Positions 26,606 through 40,395 of a stretch of 64,000 bases of DNA are shown here, piece by piece. The notes beneath the pieces are model-generated. The model ran no database searches and had not been told where the DNA came from. It worked only from the letters and a program-made list of their open reading frames with translations. The DNA comes from Octopus bimaculoides (Eukaryota). The position numbers were made by a program, and so were the translations under genes. The stretch lies in NCBI RefSeq assembly GCF_001194135.2, contig NC_068992.1:2347561-2411560 (forward strand), read 5' to 3'. How positions within the stretch are numbered: position 1 is the first letter of the stretch; each line of letters opens with the position of its first letter.

Positions 26606-26979
26606 TTAGAGACTGTAGTAATTTTGCAAAAAAGAAGAAAGACATGTGTAAAGAGCTGGTTTGAAAGTAAAAGGGGAAGGTTTCGATGTCTAAGCAAGAA
26701 CTAATGTTTCCTCACAAGGGAAATGGCAAAATTAATCAGAATCAAGAGTAACAAAAATCTGCATTTGCTGCAACCAACAAGTGTCAAAGAAATGGAAAAA
26801 GAAAAAGAAATAACAAAGAAAACGAAGGATCATGGTTGCTGCAAGTAAAGATTTGACTTGTTATTAAATATAAATGAAATGGAATCTGTCTTATAACTAT
26901 GAATATCCAACAGGTTATCCGACATATTAATTTCCGATGGGGGAACTCTTTTCTATGATAACGATATTACGCTGTGTGA

Positions 26980-27017
<38 letters not shown>

Positions 27018-27584
27018 ATTTCTCTCTCTATCTTTCTCTATTTCTCTCTCTCTTTCTCTATTTCTCTCTCTCTCTTTCTCTATTTCTCTCTNNNNNNNNN
27101 NNNNNNNNNNNNNNNNNNNNNNNNNNNNNNNNNNNNNNNNNNNNNNNNNNNNNNNNNNNNNNNNNNNNNNNNNNNNNNNNNNNNNNNNNNNNNNNNNNNN
27201 NNNNNNNNNNNNNNNNNNNNNNNNNNNNNNNNNNNNNNNNNNNNNNNNNNNNNNNNNNNNNNNNNNNNNNNNNNNNNNNNNNNNNNNNNNNNNNNNNNNN
27301 NNNNNNNNNNNNNNNNNNNNNNNNNNNNNNNNNNNNNNNNNNNNNNNNNNNNNNNNNNNNNNNNNNNNNNNNNNNNNNNNNNNNNNNNNNNNNNNNNNNN
27401 NNNNNNNNNNNNNNNNNNNNNNNNNNNNNNNNNNNNNNNNNNNNNNNNNNNNNNNNNNNNNNNNNNNNNNNNNNNNNNNNNNNNNNNNNNNNNNNNNNNN
27501 NNNNNNNNNNNNNNNNNNNNNNNNNNNNTATATATATATATATATACATGCATCTATATATATATATATATATATACATGTATC

Positions 27585-27615
<31 letters not shown>

Positions 27616-27983
27616 GTGAGTGTGTGTGTGGTGTGTACATATGTGTGTGCATATATCTATATATGTTTGCATAAATCATTACATGTCTGTAAGTATGTAT
27701 CTATATGTGTGTGTGCGCGCGTCTGACTGTGTATCTGTTAATGTCTGTGGGCATATACAGGTGCACGCGCGCGGCCGTGTGTGTGTCAGTAAATATATAT
27801 CTAGGTATGTCAATGTGTTTTATCTAATCATTCCTCTAGTTTCAAGTTACCTCCTCATATTCACTCTCACACATTCCTCCGCAAATCATTGAATATATCC
27901 ACATATTTTGGCCGACATGCGCATTTACACACACTCATACATACACACATACATACTCTATACATTGGTGCTTTTATGTATAA

Positions 27984-28034
<51 letters not shown>

Positions 28035-28728
28035 AGTATATGTTGAATAAATCTCACGCATGCTGCCTGTAGCGAACATTGACTTCTGCTATTAATCAAA
28101 AGTACAACCTGTTGCGAGGTCGAATCGTCACCCACTAAACTAGTGACTCATTTACGCTTGTCTGGCGGGAAGCTATATGCAGCCCCACTACAGGATGGAG
28201 AACAGTGCCAACTGAAAAAGGAAAACGCAGGGAGTGAATAATAAGCATATGCTTATTAAATGTTTGTCTGTTTAGTATTATAATCAAATTTTATTCCAGT
28301 GGGACTTGGAAGAAATAAGTAACCCTCTTCTCTGTAGATTCGAAGATGGCGATAGCCGGTCAAATTAATGGAAGTCGTATACTTGACAACATACGGGCAC
28401 ATTGCGCTTGAAATCATAACACGTGGCATGGTATTTTTTAGTCTGGTTACGCAACAAGTTAGATGGTAATGGAGATCCTCTCAGCCATATATATATATAT
28501 ATANNNNNNNNNNNNNNNNNNNNNNNNNNNNNNNNNNNNNNNNNNNNNNNNNNNNNNNNNNNNNNNNNNNNNNNNNNNNNNNNNNNNNNNNNNNNNNNNN
28601 NNNNNNNNNNNNNNNNNNNNNNNNNNNNNNNNNNNNNNNNNNNNNNNNNNNNNNNNNNNNNNNNNNNNNNNNNNNNNNNNNNNNNNNNNNNNNNNNNNNN
28701 NNNNNNNNATATGTATATATATATATAT

Positions 28729-29110
28729 CAGGAGCAGGCGTGGCTGCGTGGTAAGTAGCTTTCTTACCAACCACATGATCCCGGGTTCAGTCCCACTGCG
28801 TCGCACCTTGGGTAAGTGTCTTCTACGATAGCCTCGGGCCGACCAAAGCCTTGTGAGTGAATTTGGCAGACGGAAACTGAAAGAAGTCCGTCGTATATGT
28901 ATGCTTGTGTGTTTGTGTTTGCTCCCTCCACCATCGCTTGACAACCGATGTTGGTATTTTTACGTCCCCGTAACCTAGCGGTTCGGCAAAGGAGTCCGAT
29001 AGAATAAGTACTAGACTTACAAAGAATAAGTCCTGGGGTCGGTTAGTTCGATTAAAGGTGTTACTGCAGCATGGCTTCAGTCAAATTCCTGAAAAAAGTA
29101 AAAGAATAAA
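28729..29110 (+). mobile_element. SINE family B, full length
   Basis: Head CAGGAGCAGGCGTGGCTGCGTGGTAAG, B-box-like GGTTCAGTCCC, and tail ending AAGTAAAAGAATAAA. Confidence 0.95.
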
Positions 29111-29189
29111 TAAATAAATATATGTTTCGAGTTTTTTTGCTTTCCAAATTGTAACAACCCACACAATTGCTGCCTGGACAGTCTCACAT

Positions 29190-29820
29190 CCGACACGTCG
29201 ACGAAGACGTTCTCCCATTCGCATTTTATTTTGTATTAAGTCTTTCTCAAAATACAAACAACTTGCCGTCTCAAGCATTTCAGTATTTGATAGCAAATTG
29301 TTCCATTGTACCTTCAGTATTCTTCTGAAACAGTTTTAGCGGAATCTTTCAATCATTTTTACATGCCTTCTAAGAACGGTCCATGTCTCAGAAACATACC
29401 TGAGTGTTGTCTGAAGGCAACTTTTGTAAATACTAATGCTCGAATGAGCTGTAACACCACTAGCCACAGCCTTTCCTCAAGTTTGCTAAATACCATATTT
29501 GCTTTTTAGCTGCTCAGCACAATTTCCAAAGTTAGCTTGTCCTCTCTTGGCGAAGCTTTCCTCAATTATGGAAATGTCTCCGCCATTCCTAATCCAGTGT
29601 TCTTCACACAGATATTAGGCTCCACACAGTGTTCATCAGATGCTAGTATCTTCTTTAAGCTTATATTTAGATCAAATGCATGACATGCTGCAGCAAACTT
29701 GTCCATTATGACTTGCATATCTTCCTCTGCGCTTCTGCTACAGAGTCAGCATCGTCTGCATACAAAGGTTCCTTAATTAGAGTCAGAAAAGTCTTTGATT
29801 TACTATTGAAACGTCGTAAA
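29190..29820 (-). mobile_element. RTE/BovB-like LINE reverse-transcriptase fragment, decayed
   Basis: LYADD at 29751-29765, then EEDMQVIMDKFAAACHAFDLNISLKK and LRYVSETWTVLRRHVKMIERFR*NCFRRILKVQW. Contains stops and frameshifts. Confidence 0.9.
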
Positions 29821-30867
29821 TTGAAAATCTTTTCCAGAAATTCTAAATCTTATTTTAACACCATTATCACAGTTGTGAAAGGAGAGGAATAAATTAGTAG
29901 TGTAGTGAGATATATTGAAAAATGTTGCTGCTAAAATACATACACACAGGCATGCACGTGCACACACACACGTATGTATGTATACACACAATATGCATAA
30001 ATGCACATATTGACACATACACACACATACAGACATATGGATATCTACATGAATCTCTTCATCTATGTACAAATACATATAAATGTGCGTGTTGTTGTGT
30101 GTATATATATGTATGCATGAATATATATATATATACATATATATATACATATGTGTTTGTGCATATATGTATCTATGTATGTATATATAGGTGTGCGGTG
30201 TATATAATATTATTTCTGCACGTGAATACATGCATTCGCATGTAATAAATACTTTGCAACGTAAAACACTGCCAACGGGAACATAGTAATATGAACGAAT
30301 GTTTTCCGAAATGAAGAAATAATACACCCCAACCCAACCCGACTAACTCATTTCAGTGTACATAAAAATTCTTGTTTTCCAAAGGTGTTTTAACGATATG
30401 TTCCAATCGAACCCTATCTAAATACCAATAATCTATATCCAATGTAATCAGTAATCTCTACTCTGTAATCTCATAATTCATTCATTAGATATTTCCTCGC
30501 CTCACCTCTCCGAATCATAGCCCATTTGCCCATTTACAGGCACACATATACACGTATTTATGTATCATTGTATTTTGTATCGATTGTGTGTCATCTGTTT
30601 TTTTTTTTGTTTCTTGTTTCTTTTGGCGGGTCCTTACGTCCAAAGCTGTGTTCCGTTTACGCTCGCGTGCGAAACATGAAGGAGGAAAAGCCAACATAAC
30701 AGTCTTATGATACTATATGTTGTACTTGAGATATCTCAGTATTGACAGCTTCTCTAGTATTTTTTTTATGTCGTACTTTAACAATAAGTACAATTCTTGT
30801 GCGTGATTCACTGGCCACTTCTCCGAAGAAAAATATTTCAACCTCACAAAAAGAATAAACACATTAA

Positions 30868-31091
30868 CCCATTAAGTCCCAGATACTTAAATTTCTGAAT
30901 ATTAGTTTTAAATTTTTACAGATGATTGAAAACAGGTTAAAATGAAAAAAAATAATTATTAAAACTCCTTTACTTTAAGTAGAAATGGAAATACTCGGTG
31001 TCCTATAAATAGGACACTGAGACAATGTGATATAGCTTATTTAAGGTTCTCATTTAGTGTCCAAATTTCAAGGACAGTGGCACTTAATGAG
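30868..31091. mobile_element. piggyBac-type MITE (224 bp) with TTAA TSD
   Basis: TTAA at 30864-30867 and 31092-31095. TIRs CCCATTAAGTCCCA / TGGCACTTAATGAG match at 12 of 14 positions. Internal palindrome GTGTCCTATAAATAGGACAC at 30998-31017. Confidence 0.8.
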
Positions 31092-32252
31092 TTAAACAGA
31101 AGACCAGGAATATTTCTAATTACCACCATCATAGTAACGTCTAACGTTCCATCCCTAGAAAGGTTAAAAAGCCAGATTCGACGCAAACGCCTGGAAACAA
31201 AAACCTATAAACCACTGTTTCGTATACACAAAAAACTCACCGCCAAAGTCAACATAATTAAAAATAGCTCAGTTGAATCACTTTCCTTACTGATGTCACA
31301 AACCAGTATATCTGGAGAAAAATTGCTGACTTTCATTCACAGAGAAACAAAATAACAATATTTTTTAATCTCTTATTTTATGAGTTGTGTATTGAACGGG
31401 AGCCTAAAATACTGAAAAATACTGGGTCAATCTTTCAATATCTTTAGTCAATCATATCGATACCTCTATTTATTTGGTACTATTTTACTGATTTATATTT
31501 ACCGAATCGGCAACTCGACATATTAGTCAACATTTGTGTTTACTGTTGTTCTACAAAAAGAGCATCACTTACTAGTTCGATATATCGAATGGCTAAATTT
31601 TACATTCATCGCATCTTTCACATTGATTCCATCAGCCAAATTTTACTCCCAAGGTCCATTTCCTCGAAAAAGAACTATTCTACACGAAGTATCAGATCTC
31701 ATAATATACCCTGACGGGATTGAAACTCATCTCTTTAGTTTACAAACTTCAAAGTAACCTCATAAGAAGAATGATAATAGTCTGAAGTCTTTCATGAAAT
31801 ACGAAGAATGGACATCTGAACAAAGAAAATGGGAAAAATCTAGTAATTTCTACCGCACATAACTATCTACATAATATTTCATTTGTCTATATTCTTTCTT
31901 TCTCCATTCGCATCTTTCTCCCAAACACCTTCCACTTCTTGCATTACCTTCAGGCACGCGGCCAGTAAAAGCACCAAAGCCAATCAAAATAGCACGTATA
32001 TCAATTCATAAATATATAAACACATAGATATATAACTCAGCATAGCTTTACATGGAATGGGTTGTTTAAATTATCATTTTGTCCCTCAAGTCGATCAGTT
32101 TTTGAATATAAAGCATGTTTGTATGGTATCTTACTCATGGGACAGTTTATACATTGATGGAGCATGCTTCTCAGATATTGGCTTTTCATGTAGAAAAACA
32201 TTTTAAGGAATAAAGGAATAAACGCGCGCAGACACACACACGTGTGTGTGTA

Positions 32253-32310
<58 letters not shown>

Positions 32311-34584
32311 TCACACACACTATTATACATGCACAACACGACATCCTAACAACATGAAATATATAAAATACTACACACAGTACATAATGCTATCTATATA
32401 CACTATATGGTATATTCGATCAATTATGCGACCCCTTCTCACCCGCACCACCTGCATATACTCCTACGTTGCCACAGGAGAATATCAGAACAAAACAAAA
32501 AAAAACAAACAAACGTAAAGCTAATAAATAAACAAAAGGTAAGAACTTAAAAACGAAGAAATAGACGAGTAAGCTGAATCTTGTACAAAAATGGTAAGTC
32601 TTTTTCAGAACAGTTTCCTGGAATTTCTCTTCTCGGTTCAGTTTTATAGAGTTAGTGGTGTTTTTATTCTTATTGTTATTTTTTTTATTTATTTATTCAT
32701 TCATTTTTTTTTTTTTTTGCCAAATGGAGAACATTTAGCATTCCTTCCGGAATCTTTGTTCTTTGTTCGTTTTGTAATCTAGAACCTTAGACTCTATCAC
32801 ATTCATGGCGTCACTTTCTTCTTCATCTTATTCTCTCCATCTTATTCTCTCTTTCCCTGTCTTCCTCTCTCTCTTCCTCAATCTTTCTCCTTTTCTTTCT
32901 TTATCTCCATTCTATCCATCTCCTTATATATATATATATATATATNNNNNNNNNNNNNNNNNNNNNNNNNNNNNNNNNNNNNNNNNNNNNNNNNNNNNNN
33001 NNNNNNNNNNNNNNNNNNNNNNNNNNNNNNNNNNNNNNNNNNNNNNNNNNNNNNNNNNNNNNNNNNNNNNNNNNNNNNNNNNNNNNNNNNNNNNNNNNNN
33101 NNNNNNNNNNNNNNNNNNNNNNNNNNNNNNNNNNNNNNNNNNNNNNNNNNNNNNNNNNNNNNNNNNNNNNNNNNNNNNNNNNNNNNNNNNNNNNNNNNNN
33201 NNNNNNNNNNNNNNNNNNNNNNNNNNNNNNNNNNNNNNNNNNNNNNNNNNNNNNNNNNNNNNNNNNNNNNNNNNNNNNNNNNNNNNNNNNNNNNNNNNNN
33301 NNNNNNNNNNNNNNNNNNNNNNNNNNNNNNNNNNNNNNNNNNNNNNNNNNNNNNNNNNNNNNNNNNNNNNNNNNNNNNNNNNNNNNNNNNNNNNNNNNNN
33401 NNNNNNNNNNNNNNNNNNNNNNNNNNNNNNNNNNNNNNNNNNNNNNNNNNNNNNNNNNNNNNNNNNNNNNNNNNNNNNNNNNNNNNNNNNNNNNNNNNNN
33501 NNNNNNNNNNNNNNNNNNNNNNNNNNNNNNNNNNNNNNNNNNNNNNNNNNNNNNNNNNNNNNNNNNNNNNNNNNNNNNNNNNNNNNNNNNNNNNNNNNNN
33601 NNNNNNNNNNNNNNNNNNNNNNNNNNNNNNNNNNNNNNNNNCGGGCTCGGCCATCAATCTGTCAGACAGCGAACGATACCTTGACAGCTTGCTCTTCTCA
33701 GCTAGATGAGCAGTGGGATGAGCTAAATAAATGGGGTATCCGGGAGGTTTTATCTGACTGAATTGACAAATTTCACGAAACAAAAAAATGTAACATTCAA
33801 AATTGTATGTTTCCCGGTTCATAAATTATTGAAATTTTCTTTCTCTTCTGAGTGCTGTGAAGATGAAACATTTCTAAGGTAAAGCCACCGACACGTTTCG
33901 ATTAACCATCTGGACTGCGTTCGCTTCAATTACGTCACATATGGTAGCAAGAAAAGCAAAGACCTTATGGTGAAGCTTGAGAGTTCAGACAAATTAATAA
34001 GCTGTAGAGATACGTGTTCAGTCTCCTTTGTAACAACAAGATCAGGCTTCAGGGATCTACGAATAGCACTTAGTCTATAATTTATAGAGTGAGATGAATG
34101 AAGAAAGGTGGGGCGGAAATGTGATGAAATGAAATGAGGTGTGGTGAGGTGAGAGAAATAAGGGCGCCCAGTTCCTTAGAACCAGCAGATGTTGGGTGTT
34201 GCTGAAAAGGGAGAAGGTATGGAATGTTAGCAGACGAGAAAATTGATATCCAATAACCTTTTCAGAAGCTGTCTTTCTTACTCCATGACATATGTGTGTG
34301 TGTGTGTGTGTGTGTGTCTGTGTCTATCTCTGTGCATATTTATTCGTGTATGTATGTGTTATAGATGCGCCTTTATACTTGGATGTCAGTCGATGCTTAT
34401 ATAAATATAAGTGTGTGAATGTTAGATAACTATTTGTTCTTGCATCTAGTAATATTTATGGATGTGAGACCATGGATGTGTAAATAGTGGTGTGATGCTG
34501 CAACGAAATCCGAAAGGGAAATAAATGTTTTTCCTTTGTTTTTTATCTGTCTTATTTTTATTTTAGTTATTTACTTACTTATTT

Positions 34585-34750
34585 AGTGGTTTCAGACATT
34601 GGACTATGGTTATGCTGGGGCACCGCAATTAAGGGTTAATGACCATATGAACCATAGCGATTATCTCAGTCTAATACATATTTTATCGAACTCTATTTGA
34701 CCAACTGCTTTTCGATGAAATGTAAGCGGAAACAGTCAACAACAGCATTA
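34585..34750 (-). mobile_element. SINE family B, old 3' fragment
   Basis: GTTTCAGACATTGGACTATGGTTATGCTGGGGCACCGC resembles the family B tail. Confidence 0.55.
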
Positions 34751-34763
34751 CAATGCACACACA

Positions 34764-35624
34764 TACAATTTTCGGGCTAAATTTGACAGCTTTCAGCAAA
34801 GGATAAGAAAACACAATATCTCATCCAAAAATGAAAGCATTTTAAAAAATCAAAAAATATTAATTCGATTATGGCTGGGAGATAACAGTTTACTCAAAGT
34901 AGCCACCCTCAACTTCCACCACGGCCTCAGAGTTGCTCCGGAACCGGGTGCATGCTTTCCTCACTATATCTTTAGGAAGATCTTCGAATACCTCCTTGAC
35001 TATGGTCACCAGCTCGGCCTTGGTGTTGCAGGCAGAGCGGTTGGTGTCTTTCTCAACCACGCTCCGTGGGATTGCAATCAGAATAATTAGGAAGCCGGAG
35101 ATAGGGGTTAATGAAGTAGAGATTCTCTGACAACTGCTTCTGGCTCTTTCCGTAGGAAGGGCAAGGAACCTAATTCTGCTGCCACACATATGGCCTTTCG
35201 GCAGCAATCCTCTCCAGCCGGTTTGACCTCAATCTCCAGCAGTTTCACATAGCGGTCATAATTGAGCCTAAGGCTCTGTTCAAGAATGTGGAGAGATATG
35301 ATGTCACTCTCACTGGAGACGCATTCGAAGACCATCACAGTTTGAGGAAACACAGTTTTCATTATATGTGGGACATGCCCATGTCACATCTTACAACATT
35401 TATTGTGTTCACAGCAATCATGATGTCGGCATTTTGATACACCACACGAATCATTATGATACAATAAAATCTTTTCCAATATTCAGTTGGCTTCCAGTCT
35501 TCCATATCAGCTAACTTTCTCTCAACTACAATTTTAATTTTTATGCTCTCCAACGCCGTTTACTGTTCACCAACACATAGAGTTGTTTCTGAAAAAGGCC
35601 CGAATTTAGCCCAAACACCCGATA
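34764..35624 (-). mobile_element. Internally deleted Tc1/mariner element (DD37D/maT-like) with both TIRs
   Basis: N-terminus MEDWKPTEYWKRF joined to TVMVFECVSSESDI, then RPYVWQQN and KDTNRSACNTKAELV...EAVVEVEGGYFE*. Degenerate TIRs share GGGCTAAATT..TTTCAG (34771-34796 and 35589-35613). Confidence 0.9.
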
Positions 35625-35811
35625 TATAAATACCATGAGTGTGTGTGTGTGTGTGTGTGTTTACGTCATCAGAATGTTATAAACTTTTGAGAGAACGTAA
35701 ACTAATCCTTTCTTCCAACTGGATCTCGAAGCACATAACGCTATAGATAGCAGCAAGTAAATATTGAGTTGAGAATCTCGAAGGTTGCGTGTGTGTATAC
35801 ATACATACATA

Positions 35812-36084
35812 CTCAGAACTTAAAGACAGACGAAATGCCGTTAAACCCGACGTGCTAATGATTCAGCCAGCTCGCTGTCTTAACGCTGTATATTAGTGTC
35901 AAATTTTGGCACGAGGCCAGCAATTTTGGGGAGGAGTCTAGTTGATTACATCGACCCCAGTACTCGACTGGTACATCGACCCCGAAAGGATAAAAAGCAA
36001 AGTCGACTTTGGTGGAATTCGAACTAAGAAATGCCGCCATGTATTCTGCCCGGCACGGTAATGACTCTGCCAAGTCGTCGCCTT
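35812..36084 (-). mobile_element. Two adjacent SINE family A copies (5' fragment 35812-35881; diverged copy 35899-36084)
   Basis: Similarity to the 19210-19423 copy. Confidence 0.8.
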
Positions 36085-36414
36085 AGAGCGCTATCTTAAA
36101 ACCAGTATAATATTACAGCAAAATAATTTTGTGGTTTATATATTTATAGTTTTCTTGCTGGATTTTATTTTATATGTGTGTATGTGTATGTGCAGTGTGT
36201 GTGTATATGGGTGTGCGTATGTGTGTATATGTATTAATGACTGTGTGTGTGTGTGTGTGCGTGTGTGTGTGTGTGTGTGTGCGTGTGTGTGTGTATGAAG
36301 TGATGCATATCTCGGTGTCAAGAGATTAATCTACCCATATCGCTGTACCTTTACATCTATCATCTCTGTCCTTTCTCTCTTTTCTTCTCCTTCTCTTTCT
36401 ATGTCTGATATTCC

Positions 36415-36456
<42 letters not shown>

Positions 36457-36899
36457 NNNNNNNNNNNNNNNNNNNNNNNNNNNNNNNNNNNNNNNNNNNN
36501 NNNNNNNNNNNNNNNNNNNNNNNNNNNNNNNNNNNNNNNNNNNNNNNNNNNNNNNNNNNNNNNNNNNNNNNNNNNNNNNNNNNNNNNNNNNNNNNNNNNN
36601 NNNNNNNNNNNNNNNNNNNNNNNNNNNNNNNNNNNNNNNNNNNNNNNNNNNNNNNNNNNNNTATATATATATATATATATATATATCTCTATCTTTCTCT
36701 AATATATGTATACACACACATATATGTGTATGTATGTATGTAGTTACGTTTGTATCCATCTATTTCGTTGTATGGTAGTTTGTATGTTTTCCTGTGTATA
36801 TTAATGATGCCGCAGGTGTATGCATACACACACATATATACATGCGTATATAAATATATACCTATATATATATATACATAGGTATATACATACATAGAT

Positions 36900-36928
36900 A
36901 TGCATATGTGTGTGTATCTATCTATCTA

Positions 36929-37005
<77 letters not shown>

Positions 37006-37320
37006 GGGTATATATACATATGTATATAGATATACATATATATACATGGATATATATACATGCATTAGTATATAGATATACATATATATACATGGATATA
37101 TATACATGCATTAGTATATATATATATATATATACATACACTTATATATGCATGCATATATATGAATATATATACACACATGTATACATACATATATATG
37201 AATACATATATGTATATATACGTATATATATATAAATATATATATACACATGTATATATACATATATATATGTGTATGTATGTATACATACGTATATATG
37301 TATATATGCTTATATGTATG
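36900..37320. repeat. (TA)n microsatellite plus short minisatellite (TATACATGGATATATATACATGCATTAG)
   Basis: Direct reading of the sequence. Confidence 0.9.
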
Positions 37321-38192
37321 TATATTTAAGCACGCAAATACCTAGACCCATCAATCTAACCCTTTTTTATCTTTTTTTTTTTTCTAAGCTCATATATATA
37401 CACTCATATATACACACACACATGCACACACACGCAAATATACAGAAGCTATCATAAATACATTGAGGGAGCGCGGCAAGGGATCCTTTGCCACGTGTTA
37501 ATACGATGATGCACTGAAACGTTCTTCACACGCTTGTTAGCAAACAACTGCGTGAATAAAATCGTCTGAAGATCATGTTTAAATCGTCAGATAGAAGAAA
37601 AAAAAAAGAGAAAAAGCAAGACGCGAGAGACGAAGGTACCAGCTGAAGCAGACGATTTTATCTCGGAGGGAAATCTTCGTGAGAAAACTAGCGACTCTTT
37701 ACGTGTAGCAAACACTTTCAAAGGCCTCTGCATAACACACACGCACGCATACACACACACAAGCAAGCAAGAACTCATACACATACACACACTCACGCAA
37801 GTACACATTCGCACACATGTAAATACATTCTTACACACGTACTACACATATATATCTACTTGCATTTAAAAACACGCTTGCATATATATATGTAGATCTG
37901 CACAACCACACGCACATAGATAAATGTACTCACACACGTAGACACACGCACACGCACACAATCACATACTTGTATATAACTGTACGAATACACGTACATA
38001 CTTCGGTTCACAGGTGTGCGCATAAGTATACACATATGTCCTAATTAACATGCGCACATTCATACACGCAAAGCTACAGCACCACACTCACTCCCGCACG
38101 CACATCCATAAAAACACTACAAAAGGAAAATGTGTGAGAGTAATTAGCTTATGAAGAATGATTTTCAATTAATTACTTTAGTTGAATAATAG

Positions 38193-38439
38193 TGGAGGCG
38201 CAATGGCCCAGTGGTTAGGCCAGCGGACTGACGGTCGTAGGATCGCTGTTTCGGTTCCCAGACCAGGTGTTGTGAGTGTTTATTGTGCGAAAACATTGGG
38301 TGGTGGCGAACCCTGCTGTACTCTTTCATCACAGCTTTTTCTCACTCTTTCTTCCTGTTTCTGTTGCACCTGTATTTCAAAGGGGCCAGTTTTGTCACGC
38401 TGAATCTTCCCCGAGAATTACGTTAAGGGGACACGTGCC
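38193..38439 (+). mobile_element. SINE family C with tRNA-derived head, internally deleted and 3'-truncated
   Basis: GGAGGCGCAATGGCCCAGTGGTTAGG (A box TGGCCCAGTGG) and GTTTCGGTTCCC (B-box-like). The body matches 60233-60555. Confidence 0.9.
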
Positions 38440-38578
38440 TTTTCTAAGTATTGGAGGTAAAGTCGTAGTACGCAGCAGCATGGCTAGAAGGTTAAAACTA
38501 AGAAAAAAGTGTTTTTACATAAAAAAAAAAAAATTTTAAGAATTTAGCATTTTTTACTCGGTAGAAGAGTTTTAAGAT

Positions 38579-38760
38579 GAGAAAGTGGTGAAATCCAGCG
38601 CTGAATTCCAGAGGTGAAAGAGACAGAATAGGAGTGGAAAGTGGGGGTGAAATAATATCGTGAAACATCGCCTGGAAAAGCACAGCAAAGAGAGGTATTA
38701 AGGAAAGTAAAGAGAATATGCATGGGTGTGTATAATATACATATATGGCCGTAAAATATA
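38579..38760 (-). repeat. Unclassified interspersed repeat (family D)
   Basis: The reverse complement of 38579-38663 aligns closely, by eye, with the 95-bp insert at 43981-44075. Confidence 0.7.
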
Positions 38761-38842
38761 GGCATATACACCCACACACACACACTCACTTAGAAACACA
38801 CTCGTAAATGCAATGTGTATGTAAATACCTATGCATGAATAT

Positions 38843-39248
38843 ATTCTTTTATTCTTTTACTTGTTTCAGTCATTTGACTGCGGCCATGCTGGAGCACCAC
38901 CTTGACCCCCTCCCCCATCCCAGAACTTATTTCTTAGGCCTAGTATTTATTCTGTTGGTATCTTTCTCCAAACCGCTAAGTTACAGGGACGTAAACACAC
39001 CAACATCGATTGTCAAGTAATGATGGGGTGACAAACACAGATGCAAAGACACACATAGATATATACATACATAGTATATATATATATAGACGACGGGATT
39101 CTTTCAGTTTCCGTCTACCAAATCTACTCACAAGGCTTTGGTCAGCCCGAGGCTATAGCAGAAGACACTTGCCCAAGATTCCACGCAGCTGGACTGAACC
39201 TCGAACCGTGTGGTTGGGAAGCAAGCTTCCTACCACGCAGCCACTCCT
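38843..39248 (-). mobile_element. SINE family B, full length
   Basis: Colinear with 20201-20627 and 28729-29110. Confidence 0.95.
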
Positions 39249-39719
39249 ACGCCTATATATACACAAACATGTATGTATGTATTTTGTCAGCCACCACCAT
39301 CACCACTCCATACATGTTAAACTATGCACGGAGTGAATTACAGAATGTAGATGGATAACATTCTGAAAGAAAAGGCGGAAACTTGAGTCAGAGAGTAAAA
39401 ATGTAGAGAAAAGAAACAGAGAAATGGGGTAATAATACAGGCAGGAAGAAAAAAGAAATGAAGATATAAGGTGAGAGAGAGAGAGGGGGTAGGGGGAGGG
39501 GGAGGGGTTGCGACGTTAAAGCGAAGAAGGAAATAGACGAGCTGAGAGGAAAGGAGGCAGAAAACTGACATACAAAAATGACAAACAGAAGGTGTGTGTA
39601 CGTATATGCACCCAGGTACAGGTAGATGTATATACATAGTTAGACAGACGGGTGGATGGAGAGATGTATTGAAAGATGCGTAGATATGTAGACTGATGGA
39701 CAACACGCAGACAAGCAGG

Positions 39720-39920
39720 CAGGCACATAGATAAATAGAGGAATAGATAAATAGATAGATAGATAGATAGATAGATAGAGGAATAGATAAATAGATAGAT
39801 AGATAGATAGATAGATACATAGATAGAGGAATAGATAGATAGATAGACAGACAGATAGAGAGAGAGAGAGAGAGATAGGTAGATAGAGGGATAGATAAAT
39901 AGAGAAATGGTTAGATAGAT
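39720..39920. repeat. (GATA)n tetranucleotide array with GAGGAATAGATAAA interruptions
   Basis: Direct reading of the sequence. Confidence 0.95.
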
Positions 39921-40144
39921 AATGTGTGCAACATTTTTGACCGGTAATGAAAGAAGAGAAATGTTCTTCGGAGAAAAAAAAGCTAACGTGCGGAAAGAAA
40001 TATGTTTAAGCAGTGTGTGTGTGTGTAGTAATAAATTAAGTACGTGGAAATTACGGTTGGGAAACCTGACGGAACGAAAACAAAAATGGATTGGTTGAAT
40101 AGCTAGAGAATCAGACAAAATCCTTATTGGCAATCCTATGAAGA

Positions 40145-40395
40145 AACAGTCGACTCCTAGGGTCGATTCAATCGACTTTGTCCCTCCCCTCAAAATGTTG
40201 GCCTCAGGCCAAATTTAAAAAAAGATGCATAGCGTCGGGAAAAATGATTAGTTCAAATTACACCAAGGTCGACTTTACCTTTCATCCTTTCGGGGTCGAT
40301 AAATTAAGAACCTGTTGAGTACTTGGGTCGATGATATCCTTATCTCCTTCCCCCAGATTTTCAGGCCTTGTGTCTCCCGTAGAAAGGATTATTAT
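40145..40395 (+). mobile_element. SINE family A fragments (40145-40215 and 40252-40395)
   Basis: Central motif CCTTTCATCCTTTCGGGGTCGATAAATTAAG and tail GGCCTTGTG...GTAGAAAGGATTATT. Confidence 0.85.

Noticed and set aside
26067-26669. About 190-nt direct repeat on both sides of the gap 26255-26480
   Set aside because: Near-identical sequence flanking a gap is most simply an unmerged contig overlap.
25688-26704. Long poly-T/H/D/C/V ORFs
   Set aside because: They are translations of a compound trinucleotide array and span a gap.
33642-33760. GC-richer stretch after a gap as an exon or Tx1 piece
   Set aside because: No splice signals or motif strong enough, and the left end is lost in the gap.
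33880-33925. GAAACGTGTC motif (minus strand) resembling a PLE hammerhead end
   Set aside because: The core is unrecognisable and there is no stem I.
38193-38265. tRNA gene
   Set aside because: The tRNA-like head continues straight into a SINE body that is shared with two other copies.
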